Of a DNA stretch of 13,462 nt, positions 6,843 through 13,462 are shown in pieces. This DNA is from an archaeon (GTDB taxonomy: Archaea; Iainarchaeota; Iainarchaeia; Iainarchaeales; 1-14-0-10-31-34), in contig JBDRFE010000056.1 of NCBI GenBank assembly GCA_043819075.1, forward strand, positions 1-13,462, in the 5' to 3' direction. The first letter of the stretch is position 1. Every line of letters starts with the position of its first letter. The notes under the pieces are model-generated. The model had not been told where the DNA came from, searched no databases, and saw only the letters and a program-made list of their open reading frames with translations. Made by a program: the position numbers and the translations under genes.

Positions 6843-7528
6843 TGGGGCAAGAAAAGTCTGCTTTGACTGCCATAAAACACGCAAAAATGTGGAAAATTAT
6901 TCTTTATTTGGCCTTAATTTTTGCAGTAGCCAGAATAGTTTTTAGTTTCTTTGAAGGAGAATTCAGTACAGAATTTTTGACAGAAAATGCTGGAAGAATT
7001 TTTGGCGCTTTTGTAGTAATACTTTTGCTTAAATATGCTCCGTGGTTTTCTTATGAAAAAGAAAAAGAAAGACTTACTGGTTTAACTGATTCTATAGTGA
7101 AAAAAGTTTATTGGATGATTTTAATAGGCTATATTTTATTTGTTTTAACTTTTGTATTGATGATTTTACTTCCATCTTATTCTGTTATGTTATTTGTCGG
7201 TGTGATTATCTTAAGCAATATTTTAATTAATTCAGCAATTTTTTATTTTTGGTATAAAACCAAAAGCAAACTTTTTGTGATTATAGGAGGAATAGCTGCA
7301 CTTTTCTTTTTGATTTTATTTTTAGGGCAATTCATAGTAAAATCAATGCAAGAAGCAGGAGCAATAATGGTGTCGGTAGCTGCTGCAATACTTTTATTTG
7401 GGTTTTGGATAGGCGGACTGGTTTACAGCATTTACATACTATTCAAATATATTTCTCCTAATGTAAAACCTTATGGTTCAAACAAAAGCTGGACAGAACT
7501 ACACAAAGAAAAAAAGGAAGGAGATTGA
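6842..7528 (+). CDS. Hypothetical integral membrane protein (about 6 TM helices)
   Basis: Six long hydrophobic stretches separated by basic loops; TAATG overlap with the DUF1858 stop. Confidence 0.8.
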   Translation: MGQEKSALTAIKHAKMWKIILYLALIFAVARIVFSFFEGEFSTEFLTENAGRIFGAFVVILLLKYAPWFSYEKEKERLTGLTDSIVKKVYWMILIGYILFVLTFVLMILLPSYSVMLFVGVIILSNILINSAIFYFWYKTKSKLFVIIGGIAALFFLILFLGQFIVKSMQEAGAIMVSVAAAILLFGFWIGGLVYSIYILFKYISPNVKPYGSNKSWTELHKEKKEGD

Positions 7529-7529
7529 A

Positions 7530-8486
7530 ATGCAGGTTAAAAAAGTTGTTTTAGTCAGCCCAAGAGGATTCTGTGCAGGAGTTGAAAGGGCAGTACAGGT
7601 TGTAGAGGATTCAATTGAGATTTTTGGCTCTCCTGTCTATGTAAAACACGAAATAGTACACAACAAAAAAGTCGTGGAAGAACTTGAAAAAAAAGGCGCT
7701 AAAACAATTGAAGACTTAAACGATGTTTCGGAAAACTCTGTTGTAATTTTTTCTGCACACGGTTCCCCGCCGGAACACTATGAGCTCGCAAAAAAAAAGA
7801 ATTTAAGGCTGATTGATGCAACCTGCCCGTTAGTTACAAAAGTGCATTTGGAAGTAAAAAAGTTTGCAAAAGAAGGATACAAAATAATTTATATCTGCCA
7901 TAAGAATCATATTGAAGCAAAAGGAGTCATAGGCGAATTAAATGAAAACATTTTTCCTGTTGAAAGCACTGAAGACGTTGAAAGCCTTGAAATTGGAAGC
8001 CAGGAAAAACTTGTTTATTTAAGCCAGACAACCCTGAGTGTAAGCGAAACACAAGAAATAATTAAAGCAATAAAAAAGAAATTTCCTCAGGTAATTGACC
8101 CGCCGAAAGAAGACATTTGTTATGCCACAACAAACAGGCAGAAAGCAATAAAAGAATTAGCAGAAAAAACTGATTTGATTTTAGTTGTCGGGTCAAAAGC
8201 TTCATCTAACTCGCAGAGATTAGTTGAAACAGCTAAAGCGTTGGGAACGCCTGCTTATTTGATTGACGGAATAGAGGACCTGAAAACAGATTGGTTTAAT
8301 GGAATAAATTCTGTTGGAATAAGCGCAGGGGCAAGCTCTCCTGAAAGAATTGTATTGCAGTTAGTTGAATATTTTACAGAAAAAGGCGCAAGAAAAGAAG
8401 AGCTGAAAGTATTGGAAGAAAAAATGAAGTTTGTTGAGCCGTTTGAATTAACTAAAATAAAAAAGGAAAGGAATGAGAATGCCTAA
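7530..8486 (+). CDS. ispH: 4-hydroxy-3-methylbut-2-enyl diphosphate reductase (LytB/IspH)
   Basis: PRGFCAGVERA, HEIVHN, FSAHG, DATCPLVTKVH, HIE, SQTT, DICYATTNRQ, SSNSQRL, SAGASSP. All three 4Fe-4S cysteines are present. The start is placed at ATG 7530 behind AAGGAG. Confidence 0.95.
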   Translation: MQVKKVVLVSPRGFCAGVERAVQVVEDSIEIFGSPVYVKHEIVHNKKVVEELEKKGAKTIEDLNDVSENSVVIFSAHGSPPEHYELAKKKNLRLIDATCPLVTKVHLEVKKFAKEGYKIIYICHKNHIEAKGVIGELNENIFPVESTEDVESLEIGSQEKLVYLSQTTLSVSETQEIIKAIKKKFPQVIDPPKEDICYATTNRQKAIKELAEKTDLILVVGSKASSNSQRLVETAKALGTPAYLIDGIEDLKTDWFNGINSVGISAGASSPERIVLQLVEYFTEKGARKEELKVLEEKMKFVEPFELTKIKKERNENA

Positions 8487-9033
8487 AACAATTTGGAAAA
8501 GACCCGGAACAAAAGCATTCAAAAGAAGCGTGAGAAGAAGTGCAGTGAGAACTTTAAGGAATGTTCTTTCAACGCCTGATATTAAGAAAAGGCAAGAAAT
8601 TGTAAGAAAAACCATGTTAAAAGCTGAAAAGCCTGACGGAACAGTGGCAATGGAAAAATTAAGGATTATGGCAGACCGTGGGTTAACTGCCAAACTAAAC
8701 AGGGAAGTTGAACACAGATCTAAAGAAGTTTCCCGCCTTATAAGTGAAATAGAAGGGAAAAAAAAGGCAATTCAAGCCATTGACAAAATAACTACAGAAA
8801 AACTCAGTTCATACAAGCTTGAGGACATACCAAAAGTAGTAAAACAATTGCGAATTCTTAGAAACTATTACGCAATGATGGGGATTAGTACAGAACATCT
8901 TAAAAAAGCTCCAGGCGCATCTAAAGCAGTAAAAGCCATGACAGCAACTGCAATAAAAAAATCAGTTGAAGAAGTAAAGAAAATAAATGCGCTCATAAAA
9001 CGGCTTGAAGAACAGATTGTCCCGTCTAGCTGA
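8479..9033 (+). CDS. Hypothetical basic, probably helical/coiled-coil protein
   Basis: ORF overlapping the ispH stop (ATG 8473 or 8479) with an Arg/Lys-rich N-terminus MPKTIWKRPGTKAFKRSVRR; no family recognised. Confidence 0.7.
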   Translation: MPKTIWKRPGTKAFKRSVRRSAVRTLRNVLSTPDIKKRQEIVRKTMLKAEKPDGTVAMEKLRIMADRGLTAKLNREVEHRSKEVSRLISEIEGKKKAIQAIDKITTEKLSSYKLEDIPKVVKQLRILRNYYAMMGISTEHLKKAPGASKAVKAMTATAIKKSVEEVKKINALIKRLEEQIVPSS

Positions 9034-9071
9034 ATAAAAAAAGAAAAACAGGAAAACTGAAGGCAAAAAAA
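9034..9071 (-). terminator. Candidate oligo-T archaeal terminator of the fur-sod-ftn operon
   Basis: The minus strand reads TTTTTTTGCCTTCAGTTTTCCTGTTTTTCTTTTTTT right after the ferritin stop. Confidence 0.4.
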
Positions 9072-9563
9072 TTATTTTCTTGCAGATAATTCATTGTCAA
9101 GCATTAACAAACCGTGCTCTGAGCCTTTAACCATTTTCAGTTTTTCAATTACCTTTAATGCAGTTGACTCTTCTTCAACCTGTTCTTTTACAAACCATTG
9201 AATGAAAACTTCTGTTGCAGAATCTTTTTCTTTTTTGGATAACTCAAAAATTTTGTTTATCTGCGAGGTTACAAGCTTTTCATGAATTAAAGCTGATTCA
9301 AATGCATGCAATGGATTCTTCCATTTTGTTTCAGGGGCTTTAACTGAAGTTAAAACCATTTTTCCGTTTCTTTCAAGCACGAAATCAAATAATTTCAGTG
9401 CATGCACTAATTCTTCTTCTGCCTGCTTCTTCATCCAGTGAGAGAAACCGCTTAAATTAATTGATTCAAAATAGGATGCCATTGAAAGGTAAAGGTAAGA
9501 AGAAAAATACTCGTTGTTAAACTGCTGGTTAAGGATTTTTTCAATGCTGTTTTTTAAAGCCAT
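9072..9563 (-). CDS. ftnA: Non-heme prokaryotic ferritin
   Basis: Ferroxidase motifs NNEYFSSYLY, QAEEELVHA, HEKLVT, QWFVKEQVEEE; 163 aa; GAGGTGA RBS. Confidence 0.95.
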   Translation of the reverse strand: MALKNSIEKILNQQFNNEYFSSYLYLSMASYFESINLSGFSHWMKKQAEEELVHALKLFDFVLERNGKMVLTSVKAPETKWKNPLHAFESALIHEKLVTSQINKIFELSKKEKDSATEVFIQWFVKEQVEEESTALKVIEKLKMVKGSEHGLLMLDNELSARK

Positions 9564-10184
9564 TTAATTCACCTCATCTAAGCCCTTTGCTTCAAGAAAT
9601 AATTCATTGACTTTATTCCAGTTAATTACATTAAAGAATGCTTCAATGTATTCAGGGCGCCTGTTCTGATACTTAAGATAATAACTATGCTCCCAGACAT
9701 CCAAAGTCAATAAAGGAATTTTTCCTTCAGTTAAAGGATTATCCTGGTTTTTTGTCTGAATTATTTCTAATTCATTGTCATTTAATACAAGCCAAGCCCA
9801 GCCGCTTCCAAAAAGTGTTGCGGCTGCATCAGAAAACTTTTTCTTGAATTCATCAAAAGAGCCGAACTTGTTTTTGATTTCTTCAGAGACTTCACCGGAA
9901 AACTTGGCATCTTTTTTTAGTACAGTCCAGAAAAAATTGTGGTTGATTACTCCTCCGCCGTTGTTTCTTATCGCAGCCCTGATGCTTTCAGGAACATCGT
10001 TTAATTCTGAAATCAATTCCTCTAAAGTTTTTTCCCGCAGTTCTTTGTTTCCTTCTAATGCCTTGTTTAATTTATCTACATAAGCCTGATGGTGTTTTGT
10101 GTAATGAATTGTCATTGTTTTTTCGTCAAAAAAAGGCTCTAATGCATTGAATGCAAAAGGCAGTTTTATTAATTCATGTTTCAT
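9564..10184 (-). CDS. sodA: Fe/Mn superoxide dismutase, Mn-type signature
   Basis: [37 protein letters not shown]. The GGG plus NQD pattern is typical of MnSOD. Confidence 0.93.
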   Translation of the reverse strand: MKHELIKLPFAFNALEPFFDEKTMTIHYTKHHQAYVDKLNKALEGNKELREKTLEELISELNDVPESIRAAIRNNGGGVINHNFFWTVLKKDAKFSGEVSEEIKNKFGSFDEFKKKFSDAAATLFGSGWAWLVLNDNELEIIQTKNQDNPLTEGKIPLLTLDVWEHSYYLKYQNRRPEYIEAFFNVINWNKVNELFLEAKGLDEVN

Positions 10185-10185
10185 T

Positions 10186-10614
10186 TTAATTCCTCCTGAC
10201 TCTTTTCATAGAATTTTTTTTGCTGCTCTTGCCGCAGCCAGAACATAAACCGTAAAAAAGAACATTAACTGAATCAGCTTCAAATTTACTTGATTTAAAT
10301 CTTTTAAGCAAATCTTTCGGGAAATTTTTATTAGTGTATTCAAAGATTACACCACAGTTCCTGCAGATGCAGTGTTCGTGCAGGTTGCAGTCAGCGTCAA
10401 ACCTGAATTCCCCGTTGATTTCCAGCCTTGAAACTTTTCCCAACTCAACCAGCTTATTTAGATTTCTGTAAACTGTCGCGCGGGTGATTGAAGGAATTTC
10501 TTTTTTGACTCCACTGTAAATTGTTTCCGCATTAGGGTGAGTTTTTAAATTACTTAAGAAATAAAAAACTTTCTGCATCTGCACCGTATTTCTGTTTTCA
10601 GCCAAAAAATTCAC
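10186..10614 (-). CDS. Fur/PerR-family transcriptional repressor
   Basis: [35 protein letters not shown]. The true start may be TTG 10605, since GTG 10614 lies inside an AGGTGA RBS. Confidence 0.92.
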   Translation of the reverse strand: MNFLAENRNTVQMQKVFYFLSNLKTHPNAETIYSGVKKEIPSITRATVYRNLNKLVELGKVSRLEINGEFRFDADCNLHEHCICRNCGVIFEYTNKNFPKDLLKRFKSSKFEADSVNVLFYGLCSGCGKSSKKNSMKRVRRN

Positions 10615-10621
10615 CTAATTT

Positions 10622-10662
10622 ATTAATAATAACCATTATTATTTAATACCGATTATTATTTA
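10622..10662. promoter_or_regulatory. Fur-box-like operator region between divergent fur and the Cys/His microprotein gene
   Basis: 10622-10640 matches GATAATGATAATCATTATC at 14/19; inverted repeat TAATAAT-AACC-ATTATTA (10624-10641); 17-nt direct repeat 10627-10643/10644-10660 (15/17). Confidence 0.7.
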
Positions 10663-10710
10663 AACCTTTTGCCTGCAGATTATTTAATCAGTTCAAAGGG
10701 GGTTGGTTTT

Positions 10711-10899
10711 ATGGCTGTATTAGTCTGCGATTCCTGCGGAGGAAAAGTTGAATCCAACAGGTGCCATGGCAAGCCCATGGAAGTAAAAGGAAAGGTGCTT
10801 AAATGCAGTGAATGCAAGAAAACCGTTGAAATAAATTATTGCTGCGGGCACACAATGCAGGAGCACAAGGAAATGGCAATGCACGGGCACAAGCACTAA
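10711..10899 (+). CDS. 62-aa Cys/His-rich metal-binding protein with two desulforedoxin-like repeats
   Basis: CDSC-x8-CHGKPM and CSEC-x8-CCGHTM, His-rich tail HKEMAMHGHKH; GGGGGT RBS-like run before ATG 10711. Confidence 0.8.
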   Translation: MAVLVCDSCGGKVESNRCHGKPMEVKGKVLKCSECKKTVEINYCCGHTMQEHKEMAMHGHKH

Positions 10900-10925
10900 C
10901 TACGGCATTCAACGAACAGAAAGCC

Positions 10926-10950
10926 TTTTAATAACTATAGCGCTATAGTT
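10926..10950 (+). promoter_or_regulatory. TATA box plus perfect 18-bp palindromic operator of the toxin-antitoxin operon
   Basis: TTTTAATA at 10926-10933 followed by AACTATAGCGCTATAGTT (10933-10950), 11 nt before the antitoxin ATG. Confidence 0.75.
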
Positions 10951-10961
10951 TTTGTGGTTTT

Positions 10962-11171
10962 ATGGGAACAACTACAATTCAAGTAGAAAATATGACAAAA
11001 GATATGTTGAATGAACTGAAAAAAAGTTTTCGGTCAAAAACATACGATGAAGTAATTCTGAGCTTGGTGAAGAAAAAAACTACATCAATGTACGGCAAAT
11101 TTGCCAGTAAAAAAAGACTTTCCGCAGCCAAAATAATGAAGGGCTTGCGTGACAAGAATGACAGATTCTGA
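10962..11171 (+). CDS. vapB: Putative antitoxin (ribbon-helix-helix, archaeal VapB-like)
   Basis: MGTTTIQV..TK..L..LK......TYDEVI..L RHH-like pattern; 69 aa; overlaps a downstream PIN gene. Confidence 0.78.
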   Translation: MGTTTIQVENMTKDMLNELKKSFRSKTYDEVILSLVKKKTTSMYGKFASKKRLSAAKIMKGLRDKNDRF

Positions 11172-11550
11172 ATTATTCTTAGACTCTAGCATCTGGCTTG
11201 GCTATTTTTTAGGCAACAACCCAAAAACAAAGCAAATAATAGACAACGAATCCAACATACTTTTTACTTCAATTATTTCAATCCACGAAGTGTTCAAAAA
11301 ATTATTAGCCCTTAATAAAACTTCCAAAGAAGCATTTAATGCAATCAAATTTATAGAAAACAACAGCGCAGTAATTTATATCAATAAAGAAATTGCTCTG
11401 GCTGCTGCAATAAACTGCGGAAAATATAAATTGCATACAATAGATAGCCTGATTTACTCAAGCGCAATAAAAACAAAATCCCTTTTTGTAACTGCTGACA
11501 AAGATTTTAAGTCAACACCAAAAACAAAACTAATCAAAATTGAATACTAA
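11158..11550 (+). CDS. vapC: PIN-domain VapC toxin
   Basis: LFLDSSIW, SIISIHEV, LHTIDSLIYSSA, VTADKDF acidic PIN residues; about 130 aa; start ATG 11158 or GTG 11149. Confidence 0.9.
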   Translation: MTDSELFLDSSIWLGYFLGNNPKTKQIIDNESNILFTSIISIHEVFKKLLALNKTSKEAFNAIKFIENNSAVIYINKEIALAAAINCGKYKLHTIDSLIYSSAIKTKSLFVTADKDFKSTPKTKLIKIEY

Positions 11551-12599
11551 AAATAGCCTTCAAGCAGCAAGTCTTTTCCTGTCTCTGAAAAAGAAACGCA
11601 TTTTAGTTCAAGGGCTTTTTCCGGTTTTTTTACGCCTAAGCCCCCGAAAACAGGAATTCCACTGCCTAAAATTTTTGGTGCAATAAATAACACTAGTTTG
11701 TCTGCAAGTTTTTGTTTTACAAAAGAAGAATAAATTCCTGAACCCCCTTCAACCAAAAGAGAGGAAACATTTCTTTTTCCGAGTTCTGAAAGCAGTTTTT
11801 TTAAATCAACTAAATTGTTTTTTGCTTTTAATTCAAGGATTTTTCCTTCAAACTTTTTTTCAGGAAAAAGCTTTTTGTCTGTTGTTGCAATCAAAAAGTT
11901 TGAGTCAACAAAAACATTGTAATCTGAAGGAATTTTTTTTGATGTAACTATTACTCTCAAGGGATTTCTTCCTCCTTTGATTCTTGCGGTTAATTTTGGA
12001 TTATCTTTTAGCACAGTGTTTTCTCCGGTTAAAACTGCGTCTGTTTTAGAGCGCATTTCATGAACTTTTTTTCTTGATTCTTCGGATGAAATCCATTTTG
12101 ATTCAAAGGTTTTTGACGCAATTTTTCCATCCAAGGTTATTGCTGCTTTCAGGGTAACAAAAGGCTGGCCTGTTTTCTGGAATTTGATGAATGATTCATT
12201 TATTTTTTCTGCTTTTTCTTTCAGCAAGCCTGTTTCAACTTTTATTCCTGCTTTTTTCAGCTGTTTTATTCCTTTTCCTTTTACTTTTTTGTTCGGGTCA
12301 GTTAATGCAATAAAAACTTTTTTTAGCCCTGCTTTGATTATTGCTTGGGCGCAGGCAGGGGTTTTTTTTCCTTTAAAATGAGTGCAGGGTTCTAATGAAA
12401 CATATATTTCAGCGTTTATTGCTTTTTTTCCTGCTTTTTTTAATGCATTTATTTCTGCGTGTGCTTCACCGAATTTTTTGTGGAATCCTGTTGCAATAAT
12501 TTTGTTTGCTTTTGTTATAACACAGCCGACTAACGGGTTTGGCGAAGGGTTTCCTTTCAGTGAAAGCTCCAGGGCTTTCTGCATGAATTCTTTTTCCAA
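11547..12599 (-). CDS. ribD: Bifunctional riboflavin deaminase/reductase RibD
   Basis: PNPLVGCV, HAE, LEPCTH..KTPAC Zn site, KAAITLDGKIA, SKWIS, DNPKLTAR, LLVEGG; TTG start behind AGGTG. Confidence 0.95.
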   Translation of the reverse strand: MEKEFMQKALELSLKGNPSPNPLVGCVITKANKIIATGFHKKFGEAHAEINALKKAGKKAINAEIYVSLEPCTHFKGKKTPACAQAIIKAGLKKVFIALTDPNKKVKGKGIKQLKKAGIKVETGLLKEKAEKINESFIKFQKTGQPFVTLKAAITLDGKIASKTFESKWISSEESRKKVHEMRSKTDAVLTGENTVLKDNPKLTARIKGGRNPLRVIVTSKKIPSDYNVFVDSNFLIATTDKKLFPEKKFEGKILELKAKNNLVDLKKLLSELGKRNVSSLLVEGGSGIYSSFVKQKLADKLVLFIAPKILGSGIPVFGGLGVKKPEKALELKCVSFSETGKDLLLEGYF

Positions 12600-12608
12600 T
12601 AAAACACC

Positions 12609-13462
12609 TTACAGCAAGTGCCCTAATTTTTGTTTTTTTGCCTTGAAATAGCTTTTAGAAAAAGCAGTGGCTTTGACTTTCAAGGGAATTCTTTTTGAAA
12701 CAATTATTCCGTTTTCCTCTAACTGCTTTATTTTATCAGGATTGTTGGTCATTAACTTAATTTTTTTTACTCCAAGCTTTTTCAGTATTTCTGCAGCAAC
12801 AGAAAAATCCCTTGAATCAGCTTTATGGCCTAAAAGCCTGTTGGCTTCAACAGTATCAAAACCATGCTCCTGCAGTCTATAAGCCTTGATTTTTTCTACA
12901 ATTCCAATGCCCCTGCCTTCCTGAAACAAATAAATAATTATTCCAGCACCGGCTTTATTTATTTTATTTAAAGCAGTTTCAAGCTGGGAACCGCAGTCGC
13001 ATTTAAGTGAATGAAAAATCTCTCCGGTAATGCAGCGCGAATGAACTCTCACCAAAACATCTTTTCCAAAAACATCGCCTTTAACCAAAGCCAGATGAAC
13101 TGAATTATCAGAAGAAAAAGAAAAAGCATGAAGCTTTAAAACACCAAAATCAGTCGGAAGATTAGTGCAGGACTCAAGCTTCACCAAAAAATCATTTTTT
13201 TTCCTGAACTTAATGAGCTCAGAAACAGAAATCATTTTAATTTTGTATTTCCTGGAAAAAGCTTGCAGCTGTTTCAGATTTTTAACAGAACCGTCTTCAT
13301 TAACTAATTCTCCGATGACTCCGGCAGGATAATGCTCTGACAAACGACATAAATCCACTGCAACCTCTGTATGGCCTTTTCTTCCAAGAACGCCTAATGA
13401 GTGTGAAATTAAAGGAAAAACATGCCCTGGCTTGCCGAAATCAGTTTTCCTTGAAACAGGAT
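12609..13462 (-). CDS. ribBA: Bifunctional DHBP synthase / GTP cyclohydrolase II, 5' part outside the window
   Basis: The frame is open to the window edge: ..KPGHVFPL..RKGHTEVAVDL (RibB) followed by VRVHSRCITGE..SLKCDCG, QEGRGIG, DTVEAN, LMTNNPDK (RibA). Confidence 0.95.
   Translation of the reverse strand, partial: PVSRKTDFGKPGHVFPLISHSLGVLGRKGHTEVAVDLCRLSEHYPAGVIGELVNEDGSVKNLKQLQAFSRKYKIKMISVSELIKFRKKNDFLVKLESCTNLPTDFGVLKLHAFSFSSDNSVHLALVKGDVFGKDVLVRVHSRCITGEIFHSLKCDCGSQLETALNKINKAGAGIIIYLFQEGRGIGIVEKIKAYRLQEHGFDTVEANRLLGHKADSRDFSVAAEILKKLGVKKIKLMTNNPDKIKQLEENGIIVSKRIPLKVKATAFSKSYFKAKKQKLGHLL

Noticed and set aside
5286..8486. IspH supplying DMAPP for i6A37/ms2i6A together with the neighbouring methylthiotransferase
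   Set aside because: The enzyme has e-MtaB motifs (CSVKGP, EIWITSQD), not MiaB (GCQMN), and no miaA is present.
674..12882. Antisense or alternate-frame ORFs in the track (e.g. 674-973, 1838-2065, 2340-2669, 3035-3337, 6121-6606, 9775-10083, 12184-12882)
   Set aside because: They lie opposite or within well-supported genes and have the Phe/Ser/Leu-rich composition expected from the reverse of Lys/Glu-rich coding DNA.

Overview
AT-rich, gene-dense archaeal window. Taw1, an archaeal/eukaryotic-type MtaB, GGTGA-type RBSs and TATA boxes point to Archaea. The mix of bacterial-type ispH, ribBA/ribD, sod, ftn and fur with basic ORFans suggests a DPANN lineage such as Iainarchaeota (inference). Gene order: wHTH regulator, basic ORFan, an unannotated C-terminal fragment of a KaiC/RecA-fold protein in frame behind the thyX stop, double-domain thyX, divergent DtxR-family regulator with a candidate operator, NYN nuclease with a structured leader, a diverged duplicate of the taw1 5' end plus a palindromic doublet, taw1 broken by one extra A in each of the window's two longest A runs, convergent mtaB, DUF1858-membrane protein-ispH-ORFan operon, fur-sod-ftn operon with a Fur-box-like site, a divergent tandem desulforedoxin-like Cys/His microprotein, vapBC with a perfect palindromic operator, ribD and a partial ribBA. 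No rRNA, tRNA, CRISPR array or transposase was seen. Best leads: the taw1 leader/frameshift architecture, the Fur-linked microprotein, the in-frame fragment after thyX, the NYN leader and ispH in an archaeon.
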